DNA from: Asterionella formosa
Taxonomy: Eukaryota
NCBI GenBank assembly: GCA_002256025.1
Contig: NKIB01014869.1
Coordinates: 1 to 39,995 of the forward strand
Reading direction: 5' to 3'
DNA length: 39,995 nucleotides
Shown here in pieces: positions 11,488 through 22,670 of the stretch (its first letter is position 1; every line of letters begins with the position of its first letter). A program made the translations under genes and the position numbers. The notes beneath the pieces are model-generated. The model saw nothing but the letters and a program-made list of their open reading frames with translations. It did not search any database and had not been told where the DNA came from.

Positions 11488-13098
11488 TTAAATGGAACCA
11501 TGTTGATTCACTTTCCGTCGTGCTGCCGCATAATAGAACCGCTTGTTGGCTATTGGTAGAGCAGTCGATCGTCGATATGGTTCCTCCACCACAGCTTCGG
11601 CAGATACAGTCTCTCCTGGTCGAATGGATGTAAAATCAATATTGACAGATGCTGCTTCTTTTTCTAGTAACCTAGGTGGCTCATCGTCATCTTCTTCTGC
11701 CAATGCAAATGTACCCCAATGAATGGCAACACTCTTTTTAGACCGGACTTGTTCATGTATTTTCACAGCCTCACTTGGGTGGATGTGGCTGTCTGCCATG
11801 AAAAATCGTGGGGCGTATGCACCAATAGGAATGGCGGCCAAATCAAAGGGGCCCAGGGCATCCCCAATTTGCCAAAACAAGGGAAAATCTGTTGGATAGC
11901 CCGTGTCTCCACCAAAATAAAAATTGCGACTAGGGGATGATACGGCCCATGAGCACCATAGTCGATGATTGCGATCCCACATGGTACGCGAGCCCCAATG
12001 TTGAGCAGGCGCGCAAGTAAGGGTTAAGGGAGGACGGTCTTGGGGTACCGGTAGTTGCAGCGACAATGTGTGATGTTGCCACCATTCCAAGTCAATGATT
12101 TTAGTTGGATCAATGTCGCACTTTTCGACTAACCACTCTTTCATATTCAGTGGGACAGCCCACAATTGTACACGATCCTTGAGAGCGCGACAAGAGGTCT
12201 TGTCCAGGTGATCGTAATGATCGTGAGACAAAAGAACAACATCAATGATGGGTGGCAAATTTTCCACTTGACAAGCAGCTTGGACATGGCGTGGAACGCC
12301 CAGAGGAAGCCACTGTACTGGTGATGCTCGATGAGAAAACATGGGATCCGTGAGTATGTTATATCCTGACAGTCTCACTAGACATGTGGAATGGCCAATC
12401 CACGTCAGAGACAGATGGTCCTGGTGATTGCTGTTCTGGAGTTCCCAAGGCACAGGTGCTACCGGCACCGTCTCTCTCTTGTTCCAGACTCGCAATCGTT
12501 CGAGCCTCCACGTCACAAACTCCCAAATCGGATGACTCCCATTGGTACTTTGCGACGACCACGGGTTCACAAACCTCCCAGATTCATCACGTGCCGTAAG
12601 GGGATATCCATTCGCATCGAACCAATGAGCCTTGCTATATTCCGTCAGCTGCACCGGGTGTTGTCTGAACAGTCTTGATTTAAACATTTTGTTCATCCAT
12701 ACACCCCGCCGTTGTCTCCACCAATGCCTCCCTGCTCTATACCGCGACGGTCGTTGTTGGTTATAGGATCGATTGTGAAAAAAGGTGGAAACATTGGATC
12801 GATAGTTTTCCTTGATCCGCTTCACCCAAATTGTCCGTTCCTTGGCTCGTTTCCCTAGCCACGTTTGGATGGTGGATCGAAATTCATTCCAAGAGGCTGG
12901 AAGGAAAATGTAGGACCGTGAGGGTTGCCATTGTCCCTTATTAACGGTAATAGTTGTACTCGATAGTGGGTTGTGAGAGCCGCCGAGGATAGAGATAGAG
13001 GTAGCAGCGTAGCTGAATGATGGGCAACATGAAGTACAAGAACTAGCAGCCAGAGTCCTCCCGAGGGCGAAACGCGAACAAACTACAACTCGCAGCAT
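11488..13098 (-). CDS. NAPEPLD: N-acyl-phosphatidylethanolamine phospholipase D (NAPE-PLD/Fmp30-like, metallo-beta-lactamase fold), probably mitochondrial
   Basis: Motifs GRFVNPW, TWIGHST, ILTDPMFS, SHDHYDHLD, AQHWG, YFGGDTGY, IPIGAYAPR, IHWGTF. The N-terminus is R/S-rich and acid-poor, resembling a mitochondrial presequence. Confidence 0.9.
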   Translation of the reverse strand: MLRVVVCSRFALGRTLAASSCTSCCPSFSYAATSISILGGSHNPLSSTTITVNKGQWQPSRSYIFLPASWNEFRSTIQTWLGKRAKERTIWVKRIKENYRSNVSTFFHNRSYNQQRPSRYRAGRHWWRQRRGVWMNKMFKSRLFRQHPVQLTEYSKAHWFDANGYPLTARDESGRFVNPWSSQSTNGSHPIWEFVTWRLERLRVWNKRETVPVAPVPWELQNSNHQDHLSLTWIGHSTCLVRLSGYNILTDPMFSHRASPVQWLPLGVPRHVQAACQVENLPPIIDVVLLSHDHYDHLDKTSCRALKDRVQLWAVPLNMKEWLVEKCDIDPTKIIDLEWWQHHTLSLQLPVPQDRPPLTLTCAPAQHWGSRTMWDRNHRLWCSWAVSSPSRNFYFGGDTGYPTDFPLFWQIGDALGPFDLAAIPIGAYAPRFFMADSHIHPSEAVKIHEQVRSKKSVAIHWGTFALAEEDDDEPPRLLEKEAASVNIDFTSIRPGETVSAEAVVEEPYRRSTALPIANKRFYYAAARRKVNQHGSI

Positions 13099-13446
13099 AT
13101 TAGCTAATAATAATAATAATAGTAACTCTTTGTCAACAGATCCTGATCGTACATACGTGGGAGTGTAAATGCACCGACCATGATGATACTAGTATGTAGG
13201 GGAAACATAAAAGTGATGGGAGTGCCTGTAGATACTGTTCTGCACATCATAACAAAATATTGTGTGTTCTTGTTTGGTTTATATTTTTTTAACTTCACCA
13301 GTGACATCGTTGAGGTTGCTTGTACAAATGTCGTATGTATGTGAGTCAGGTACAAGATACCACGTCCCAGAAAGTAGGTCCGTTAGAACACGTTTTAAAC
13401 TTAAACAAAGATTTGCTAAAAATCTCGATTACAGGCCTTCCACAAG

Positions 13447-13532
13447 TACCGGTACAAACGTATTTTGATACGGTAGGGACCTGGTACCAGGTAGCAGGTA
13501 TCTTTCATTCATGGTTGTGGGAAAATGGTACC
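13447..13532. repeat. Cluster 3 of TACC(W)GGTA / GGTACC palindromes
   Basis: gtaccggtac, acctggtaccaggt and tggtacca, between the NAPE-PLD start and the TE island. Confidence 0.75.
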
Positions 13533-14099
13533 AAGAAATCAAGGTCCTTATTCAAGGATGGTTGAGTGAGCGAATAACGGAATTCATTCATAGTGAATTC
13601 AATCTATTGGGTTGCTGCTTGGAATGCCCTGATGAGTTATAAAATAGGTGAACAAACTTATAAGTTGGACGCATTATTTAGAACATCAATTTTTTTGTGA
13701 ATTGACACATAATATGATTGTAGTTCCAGTATCCATCGTGATTTTCTCCATTATCAAAATAGAATAAGAATGAAGAATTGTTTGAAAAGGGGCTGCTTTT
13801 TCTCGGCTCCATGTATATCCATTGCGGCTTCCTCATCAGCAAAAGTGAGCCTAGTTTCCGGTTGTGACTGTCTTAAGAATATCATCATCAGTGTGTCAGA
13901 TCAAACCATGTTGCCAAGTAGTAATGAATGAACTGATCAATAAAGCAGCACCCTCCTCGGTCATCCTTTGGTAGTAGGGACTCTTGCCATGGTTGGGACC
14001 TGTCCGCATTTTGGTATTCAACAAAATTGGTTGTTTGAAAATTGCTTCATCCTGTCCAACAATCATAATTGTTATTTTGCACATTTCACATGCATCCTA

Positions 14100-17040
14100 T
14101 TGGAAGATCTGGTGAGCTATCGAAGTTGTCAGGATGATAGTGGAAGAAAATTGCTTAGGAAACTACAAATCCACCATCCAAGACGACGATATTTTCATGG
14201 TTTATGCCACAATGATGTCAATTCCATTCGAATTCGGGTTCACCTAAGACCGATGGCTAAATGCTTTACAAGTACTAATGAGGCTTTTAGAGAAAACTAA
14301 AGACAATCCTAGGCTTGATAAACTGCAAGTAATCCAACTCATGGAGGCAGATTAAAATATAATGCTAGTAGGAATTGTCTTCGGACGAAGATTGATTTAC
14401 CGGGCGGGCAGAAGACAAGCAACTTATCTCGCCTCAACAATGAGGGTCACAACCAGCCAAATCGCTCCTCAATGGACGCCATTCCGATGAAACGTCTCAC
14501 TTATGACTGCATCCTCACTAATAACGGCATCCACATATGCCAAAAGATCGCTATCATTTTTAATAGCGATGAGGGCTTCACAAGCTATATGGTTAGTAGC
14601 AATTATATGTATCCTAACAGGGGCCATCGTCTCTAAAAATCATGGGGAATTTCTTTCCGCAAGCAACCCAAGACTAACAAACACACTAAGGAGCGTAGCT
14701 GAAACCTATGTTGATTATACTGAATCGATGCTGGCATTAGAAAACGGTATTATCCACGACCTTGCAGAGGAAATACAATCCATTGCACAATACTGGGAAC
14801 AATTGCTGTACACCACCAGTGGTGCACTGGCACTGGAAAAATGTTTTTACGTAGCTATGGATGATTGGGAGCACAGCAATAATGACGAATACAAGCTAAA
14901 TTCCATGGAAAATCTAGCATTGTCGATTCAGCTAACATCACGCGAAGACACACAGACAACAACGACCATTCCCTCCAAAAGGATAGCAAAGAAGGTCCCT
15001 GCAACTTGGGCTCGTCCAGATTGCTTAGCACCTGGAGTAAATAACCATGATGAACTGGTATACATACTAAATCACAAGGTGAGAACGATAAGCCCAAAAA
15101 CATCCGCTTCGAAACTACATAAGAATGGAGTAATGATTGAATAGACCGCATACAGAGTCATGTTAGCTACTAAGACCAGCAATGGAATATCCTTTTTGTG
15201 GATCGTCCACTTTCTCCACAGCTGAAGGCGACAAAATTGACATGTCCTATTTTTCAATTGAAGAAAAAAGCGTATCTTCTGTTCTTTGGACCACCATCAT
15301 CATCACTCGGGTGCTTCGGATTCACAAACACATACACGGATCTGGCATCTCCCAGATTAATATGATGATTGGCAGTCATTTGCGCAACAGCGGTGAAATA
15401 GCAGGACAACTCACTCCCAAAATTCTCACCGAAAATCTGCAGTTGATCATTAGCCTCCAGAAAATTCCATTTACATATCCATCCTCATCTTAGAGGACAA
15501 TTGGAAGTTTACACTCCAACAGTAACTCGATTGCTGCTATCAAATGGATGTGTTGACACAACCCGCTCTTCGTCTCCCTCCCAAAATACTGAGATGTCTC
15601 AATGAATGTAGGATATTTTTACGAGGTTTAACAGCAGTGGCGGATATCACAGATGCTACCACAGCCCAGCAGGCAAATATGTTACCGATAAAATATTGAA
15701 AGGCCGCCGTCACATAGGCAGAACTAGCACATATACATGGCCACAACAGGAGAACAATCCATCCCCAACCACAGCGTGGATGCAACGGCGGAAAGTCATT
15801 AGCCAAAACTTTTTTACAGGCTGCAATGGCCATTGTCACAAAATATGATATAACTCTCACCACACACAATGTAAAATCTCACCAAGACAATGATGTAGCT
15901 TATGAGAATTTACAATGGGAGGCCAAATTTAACTGCGCCGCGATATCGACAAATTGGCAGCAGGCATCGTCCACTCATGTACAAACAAATGCAAACAATC
16001 ATCACACACTTCATACATTCTACAACCAGGCCATGGGCGGAGCAACAGTACAATCATTGGTTGACACTCCAGCCAATCACAGGACATGTGGTGCCCATGT
16101 CAACAATACGAGAGGCGAGCTACTTAGTAGACGAGGAGGAGTTTCAAAAATATATGCTGACACGCACTGGATGGGAAACAAAGGAAATATACGATATGGT
16201 TGATTGGCAAGCTCGGAAAAGGGCGTAAAAAAAGGGATGACTAAAAACAACACTTGGCTCTTCAAGCTGGAATTCTTCGACCTACTGGCCACGATGAAAC
16301 GAAGGAAACAATATGAACACACCATTGATGGTAGATGCCCTCGCTACGGGAGGTTCAGTGACAACTTCAATCATGTAATCCAATGATGCCCTCATTAAGA
16401 ACAGGAACGAAAGAAAGCCTGGGAGGCGTCCTTCAAGGGAGCCATACTTGCTGGACGAAAGAGCACTTGAACATATGTTCTCAACACGTTTTGTAAAGGT
16501 ATGGAACAGTGGTTTGTGGGATCCATTCCAAAATGGCGAGATATCTCCCTCCCAGCGGCAGACAACATTGTCGTACAACATACATAGACTATGAGGCCTT
16601 GTTCCTCAATCATCAGGATATTGGTTAGGACCAGCAAGCTCTCTGAGGCAGGATTAGTCGGTACTGGGGCAGGGCTAATACAGCAGCTTACTGTCGCTTC
16701 AGATATATTCACTCTGACAATGCTTTAGATCAACAATGGATGACCAAGTGTTGTCTTTGAACTTTTAGTCTAGGCCAGTGGCATTCAAGGAATAAATTTT
16801 TGTACGGAGACTACTTAGAACAACAAAAAGAAAAAATTGGAATCAGAGGTAGATTCGTCCATCACAGGCTCGTACAATTCTCCAGAGCGGCGCATTTCTC
16901 CCACCAATCGATCTTTATCTATTTTACCATGCCACATTTGCATACATTGGCACACGCACTCTTATTCAAAAACTCTTATGAATAAAAACAGTCAACACTT
17001 CCATACTATGTGCATGGGATCCGCACAACTACTAGTATAG
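14100..17040 (+). mobile_element. Decayed, 5'-truncated non-LTR retrotransposon with RT, RNase H and C-terminal Zn-finger region (Ambal-like)
   Basis: Colinear motifs across stops and frameshifts: PRLDKLQVIQLMEAD*N (~14300), GRRLIYR..ED..ISPQQ*GSQP, ASQAIWL, YVDY (degenerate YxDD, ~14710), QYWEQLLYTTSGALALEKCFY, FGP..GF..QI.M.IG.HLRN, RNase H-like VKSHQD..LQWEAKFN (~15870), VDWQAR, RCPR..NHVIQ*CP (~16340-16390), WHSRN (~16780). Confidence 0.85.
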
Positions 17041-19270
17041 AAGTAGTACCTTGCCAAAAGATGGAGCTGCTCATGGAACATCAATATCCTGCCTCATCAT
17101 CCTGATAAAGTGCCAAATAGTAATTGTCATTATCCTTGGCCACCACAGCAGCCATTTATTCTAATCAATCTTGCTGATTTATTGACAGAACATCCGATCG
17201 AGTTGTCACTGGCATGCTTTCTTCATTTATATTTTCACGTTCATCATCTTCAACATCATTTATAATTTCTTGTTCAGCTTTAACTTACTACTAAAGGATT
17301 TAATTGAAAATATTTTCATATCTAATTTCTTGTTCTTCTTCATCATTGATTATTATATTTAATTGTTCATCGTCATCATCATGTGCCATTCTCTCCCCAT
17401 CTGCAATGTCCATTGCCGGTTCGAAAATTACCTGTGGCTTTGGTGCCTTGATAGGAGAGAAATGCAAGTGGCGCAACCAATCACGTCATGAGTTTCATGC
17501 ACTCCACCTGTGATCAAGTCCCACAACTTAGTATACTAGGTGTCAACTGGATGATCAAGTGAATATCCTAACATCATGCAAGGTGTACCACGATTCATAA
17601 GCTTAGATAGGCGTCATTTTTTGCGAATTGACTGCGCTTGTTTCGCCCCAAGTCCGCAGATTGGTTGCAAAATCTGGGTTGCTTTCGCACCGTCACACCG
17701 AGAAGCAGCCAGATTCGCCATTACTATCAATAACTGTCAATCCATCAACAAGGAGGGTTGCCGTTTTAAAAAAAGCCTCTCGCCACAATTGGTAACAAAC
17801 TTCTATCAGCACATTGACCTGAGGATCCATCATCATTGATCATCCATAATGGGATATCATTGCAAACCCCAATTCTGCCAAATGATTCTGATGCGGTGTT
17901 TCTCTTCCTGTGAAGTCAAAAGTGATATTTAGATGCTTCAGCATCCTCCAGCAAACATATAAAAAAAGTTGGTTCAATCATTCCATTCTTTGCAGTGTAA
18001 AGATCAAAGACTAATGAGTACAAGATAGGTCCCGGTGTACCGCCCGTTTGGACAAATAAGACTGGTGGTACTAATTGTGTTCATTTATTTGGGCATGAGG
18101 GTGCAATTATTGGAACTATAAGATTTAAATTAATTGTTTTAAAGTTACTCCAGCACTTCCACTGTTCTTAGCTACCAGAGGATTGCGTTGCTTCATCATC
18201 AGTGGTGGCCACATCTTTTTCCTGGAAATTTATTCGCCTTGGTGTGTCCTTTCTCATGGCAACGAAGCCAAATACCTCCAAATGATCCTGCAGCCAATGA
18301 TAGTTCAGTATTAGCTACTGTCTTTGTCATGGGGAATGGCTTAGTCGTTAGTTCGATTCCTGCATTCTCCACCTGTCTTTTTCATGTAGTCCCTAGCTAC
18401 TAGGATTCTGGTGTGTGTGTCTGACGAAAAGACAGGTCCCGTTGTACCATATGGACGAATAAAACCGGTACTAATTGTGTCCATTTAATTATTTATTTGG
18501 CTGGTCACGAGTGCGATTATTGGATAGCTTTAACGTACTATAAGATTTGATTGATAATATTAGCTACTGTCTTAATCACTGTTTAGACCTCGACTTCTGT
18601 TGCTTTGGCATTGTATCTAATATTGATTCATTGCTGCTTCCAAGTCATCCAGAATGAATCTTTCACCTCGAAGTCGCTGTTCTGATGTGAGGACGGCTTG
18701 ATACTCGGCCGCTTGTTGCAGCATCGAAGACACCAGCAATCAAATCCTGTGCATCCATTATTCAACCGGGCATTTTATTATTGATTTACAATGCTAGTAC
18801 TCAATTGCTTAAACAGGGTGACAGTATCCTCATTCTTCGTTATTGACACCTTGTTGAGTTTCTGACGCAATTTCACACAAGCAATTGTATTGTGTGGTCT
18901 ATATTTTCTCACCAGCAGTCCAGCAACGACGACCGAATTTGCCGATCCTCCAGGTCAATGATCTTCGGTCATGGATTTATAAAATAACTGCATAATTCCT
19001 TCAGTGACACAAGCTTAACATAGCCATTGCATTTCTCTTCAATGCGGCCATGGCTTCTTTCTTTCCTTCAGTTGCTGTTTCATCAATTCAATGTGATCTG
19101 ACAAAGGCAAATCACTATCACCATATGCTCTCAACCTATCACTGGTTTTTTGATGTTGTTTATTATCATTATTATATTCGTTTCTTTGCAGCTCCTGTGA
19201 AAGTGTCAAATCTGGCTGTTTGTACCATCGTCGTTTTATATTGTGCATTACAAACTTTTTCGAGCAAGCC
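17040..19270 (-). mobile_element. Decayed Ty1/Copia (CoDi-like) LTR retrotransposon remnant: gag, Zn knuckle and integrase C-terminal half
   Basis: Minus strand: gag ALKRNAMAM..PGG..RKYRP..KLRQKLNKV..EYQAVLTSEQRLRG..DLEAAMNQ (19060-18625); degenerate knuckle RCHEKGH (~18250); integrase LNITFDFTGRETPHQNHLAELGFA (17935-17861), LWREAF, LRTWGE, RGTPCMMLGYSLDH, ETHDV. No protease, RT or LTR recognised. Confidence 0.85.
18022..18558. repeat. Pair of diverged ~110-130 bp direct repeats (18022-18135 and 18429-18558)
   Basis: Both copies read aagayaggtcccgktgtacc...tggacraataa...ggtactaattgtgtycattta...gtgcrattattgga...actataagattt. Confidence 0.8.
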
Positions 19271-20662
19271 AATCCTCAGTTAGAAAAGTGCAATGTTTTC
19301 TACGTAATCCGTCCTAAAAACACGCTGCTTGGCACTTGAGTCGCTGCAAGTCAACGCAACTATTTTAACCAGAGGCAGTACCTATTACTATGTAATCCAA
19401 CGGTCTGCGAAATCTTGGAATCAGAAACACTATGTACCAAAACGTCCTCATTGGAATATGAGTCTTTTGAAGGATTTTTTAATCAAAAAATCTCCTGTAT
19501 TTACCGGTATATGCCTATGCGCCAATTTCAAAATTTTCAAATAACCACATGCAACCTTCCCCAAAGTCAATTGTTTGTAAAAGCTGTTTTAGCCTGTTTT
19601 CCTATTCTTGTTGATAAATCTTCGAGTTTCACCGAAAGTCCTTTCAACAAATGCCTATTGTACTTTATGTTACTCCTTGCTCATTTTGGAAAAAATTGGC
19701 TTTTGAGATACCCCTAGAGCAGCCACTACATCACCATGATTATAAGTTATGCAGCTGGTGTTCCATCAACTGTGCCATGGGGTCACTTTGAATGGTTGGC
19801 TCAATATGCATAGTCATCTACATTTGGACTTTACAAGGTTGTGGTATTTACATCAGGGGGCACATTCAATACATGCAGCACATGCATTTTAGGACTCACC
19901 AATGACTTCGGGTTAACTCTCTTGATCCTCAATACATTTGCTTATGTTGTTGTACTCACCAAGACATCTGATGGAAGGCAATTTGGACCATCGATACTTG
20001 CTTGCTCCTTTTTCTAAAGTTACTGTGATGGGTGATGCCAGCTTTGTGGATGGTGTCAGAAGATAATTTGCCAAGTTTGTTGACCAGTATCATGGCATTA
20101 GCCAGTAATGTTGGTCTTGTTAAAAGGTTTTAGCCATCATGTGCATAACAGTAGATATTGTCAAATAGTAACGCTATTACCGGTATTCTAGACCTATATT
20201 ATTTCTTATTTGGGTGTTGGGATGGTTCTCATTCGGGTCTTCCTGAGGAAAAAAATATACACGACCAAAATTTGATCCAGCTAATGATTTAATAAGTTAG
20301 ACCTCGTACAATCAATAAAAAGAATCCAATGAATAGCGAGCTACAAGTGACAATATAAAAGACTTGAAGAGACATGATAATTAAAAAAATAGACACAATT
20401 CGAATCTGATTGTTTGCTCATCATAGAACAGACCTGCCTTCATGAATCATTGTTCTAGTTAACACGTTCATTCCAGCCCTTGCTTTTGATGCTACAATCA
20501 CCTATTATAACACGGAAACAAAGCAACAGACACAAAGTGACCGCTTTATCAACATCATCAAGCAGACATTTATTTGAACTCTCTACTACGTATGCTTTTG
20601 ACACACAACACCCACCCATCCATCTATACCTACCTTGACAACTAAATTAATTGACAGCAAAT

Positions 20663-22324
20663 ATGCAAGAGACGAACGATGAATCTAAATACCAGAAACG
20701 GAGCAAACGAACGCTACATCAAAGGAAGCAGATACTCGGTATTGCCTTTTGTGTTGTCATTGTCGTGGGAGGTATTGGGTTTGCATTTCGGTCCATCACC
20801 TTGTCCTTTCAGAAACAAAGGGAATTGAAGGAGCAACAACAAAGCAAACGAGCCAAAATCATTCAACAGCTAAGGAATAGCAGTCTTCCTTCACAAAAAC
20901 AAATGGATATCAGAAAGGGAGGAAGAAAAATTGCTATCAGCTTGAAAGCCAGGAACGAAGGAGATCGTGATGCAGATATCCAAAAGTTGTTGGATCAAGA
21001 AATTGACCAGCTAGATGCAGATATTAGAAGCAATCACCATGGTGGCATTCGATGGATTCGAACCAGTGTATTAAAGGAATTGCCGGGAAAACCAAAGAAT
21101 CCAGCGTTGACTCTGTTCAGAAAGAAATTTAAGAAATTCTATATGCCCAAGGCGTTCGCTGTAAAGCGAAGAAGGGAAGGACCCATGGCATGGGAAAATG
21201 ACTGGAAGAAGGTAACAAAGCAAGAAGCAAAAGGACCAAAGGTGGACTACAGAAAGATTGATTATACTTATCCCGACCTATTGTGGGATGTACCTGACCA
21301 AGGTGGGTATCCTCAATTGGACACGCTGGGTGATATCATGAAACGATACCCACAAGATGACTTGGACAATCCGCCACAACCCTTCGTTGAAAAGCTTCTT
21401 CATTTCAACTATTCAAATCCAAAAGAGCGAGCCGCTGCCGTACTTTTTCGTGATGCTGAATTACCCTTTAAAGTATATGACGTTCCCGACCTTCCCACAC
21501 AGAAGTGGACCGACAAGTACGTTTCAGAACAATTTGATGGGTTTCTTAGATTTTCCTCAGCAAGTGGATTGGCTCAAGAATCGCCAAATAATTTCTTCGC
21601 CTTTTTTACTCAAAGTGAGTGGCACTTGGAAGATATGGGACCGCCACCAACCCGAAACAATGATTGGACTTACAAGAAATGGTCTGACCATGCCAGATAT
21701 GCCGATCATGTTGGACTTGATTTTGACCAGCCTCATTTTTATTGGCAAGCAGGTGCTCCAAAAATGGAAAGATATGAACCGAAAGCAAAGTGGTCCTTTA
21801 TTTCGAAAGATCTACCGTTGTTGTCGTCACCGACTGCAACATTTTTTGTCTTCGAACCCGACGAACAGAAGGGAATCCAATGTCGTTTCGGAGAACGCGG
21901 TGTCACGGCGGCAACGCATTACGATAGCGGCCGCAACATGGTGGCCATGATTCTCGGAGCCAAGAGGTACATTTTGGCCCCGCCACGTGAGTGCAGTAAG
22001 TTGGGCATTGTGTCGGAGAGAGGGAACGCCATATTTCGCCATTCCCTTCTTAACTTTGGGCATATCAATCATCTAAACACAAAATCAGGAATTTCGGACG
22101 AAGAACGTAGCTGGTTGGAATTGGCTAGTCGGAGTAAAGCGATTGATACAATTTTAAAGGAAGGCGAGGTCCTATATATTCCATCGCATTGGTTTCATTA
22201 CATTACCAGTGTTCAAAAGAGTGCACAATGTAACGTCAGATCTGGAATAGAAACCGAGGGGACTAAAGAATTCGGCGGGTTTGAAGACGTGAAGGAGTGT
22301 ACGGAGAGAGATGGAGAACAATAA
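20663..22324 (+). CDS. JmjC/cupin-8 2-oxoglutarate Fe(II) oxygenase with N-terminal membrane anchor
   Basis: HxD...H triad in ATHYDSGRN and GEVLYIPSHWFHYI, plus GAKRYIL. TM helix ILGIAFCVVIVVGGIGFAF follows a basic N-terminus. First ATG at 20663. Confidence 0.85.
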   Translation: MQETNDESKYQKRSKRTLHQRKQILGIAFCVVIVVGGIGFAFRSITLSFQKQRELKEQQQSKRAKIIQQLRNSSLPSQKQMDIRKGGRKIAISLKARNEGDRDADIQKLLDQEIDQLDADIRSNHHGGIRWIRTSVLKELPGKPKNPALTLFRKKFKKFYMPKAFAVKRRREGPMAWENDWKKVTKQEAKGPKVDYRKIDYTYPDLLWDVPDQGGYPQLDTLGDIMKRYPQDDLDNPPQPFVEKLLHFNYSNPKERAAAVLFRDAELPFKVYDVPDLPTQKWTDKYVSEQFDGFLRFSSASGLAQESPNNFFAFFTQSEWHLEDMGPPPTRNNDWTYKKWSDHARYADHVGLDFDQPHFYWQAGAPKMERYEPKAKWSFISKDLPLLSSPTATFFVFEPDEQKGIQCRFGERGVTAATHYDSGRNMVAMILGAKRYILAPPRECSKLGIVSERGNAIFRHSLLNFGHINHLNTKSGISDEERSWLELASRSKAIDTILKEGEVLYIPSHWFHYITSVQKSAQCNVRSGIETEGTKEFGGFEDVKECTERDGEQ

Positions 22325-22670
22325 GTGGCAATTTTCATGCACCCATTGATTTGACGATCAATCCAAACAACCTGTCATCAGGATTGCGAAAGCGTTGATA
22401 GTTGCGGATTTGTTTTATGACGTTCAAGATGTAGTTTTTGCTTTTCTGTCCATTTTATACGACTACGAAGTTTAGCGATGTACTTGTTAACAACAACCTC
22501 CTTTCAAGATACGACATTGTGGCACTTTTACTAGAGTATATTTGTACTTGAGAAAATTAGAGGAATATGTTCTCGACAGCTTGGTTTCTAATTTAATGGC
22601 CTTGTCGAAAGGAACTATCTAAAAAGTGTAAATGTATTAGCTGTCTATATTATGTCTACCTAGCTGACGA

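Noticed and set aside
10938..13098. ssSPT plus NAPE-PLD as a lipid gene cluster
   Set aside because: Convergent genes in different pathways and probably different compartments. Adjacency alone is not evidence.
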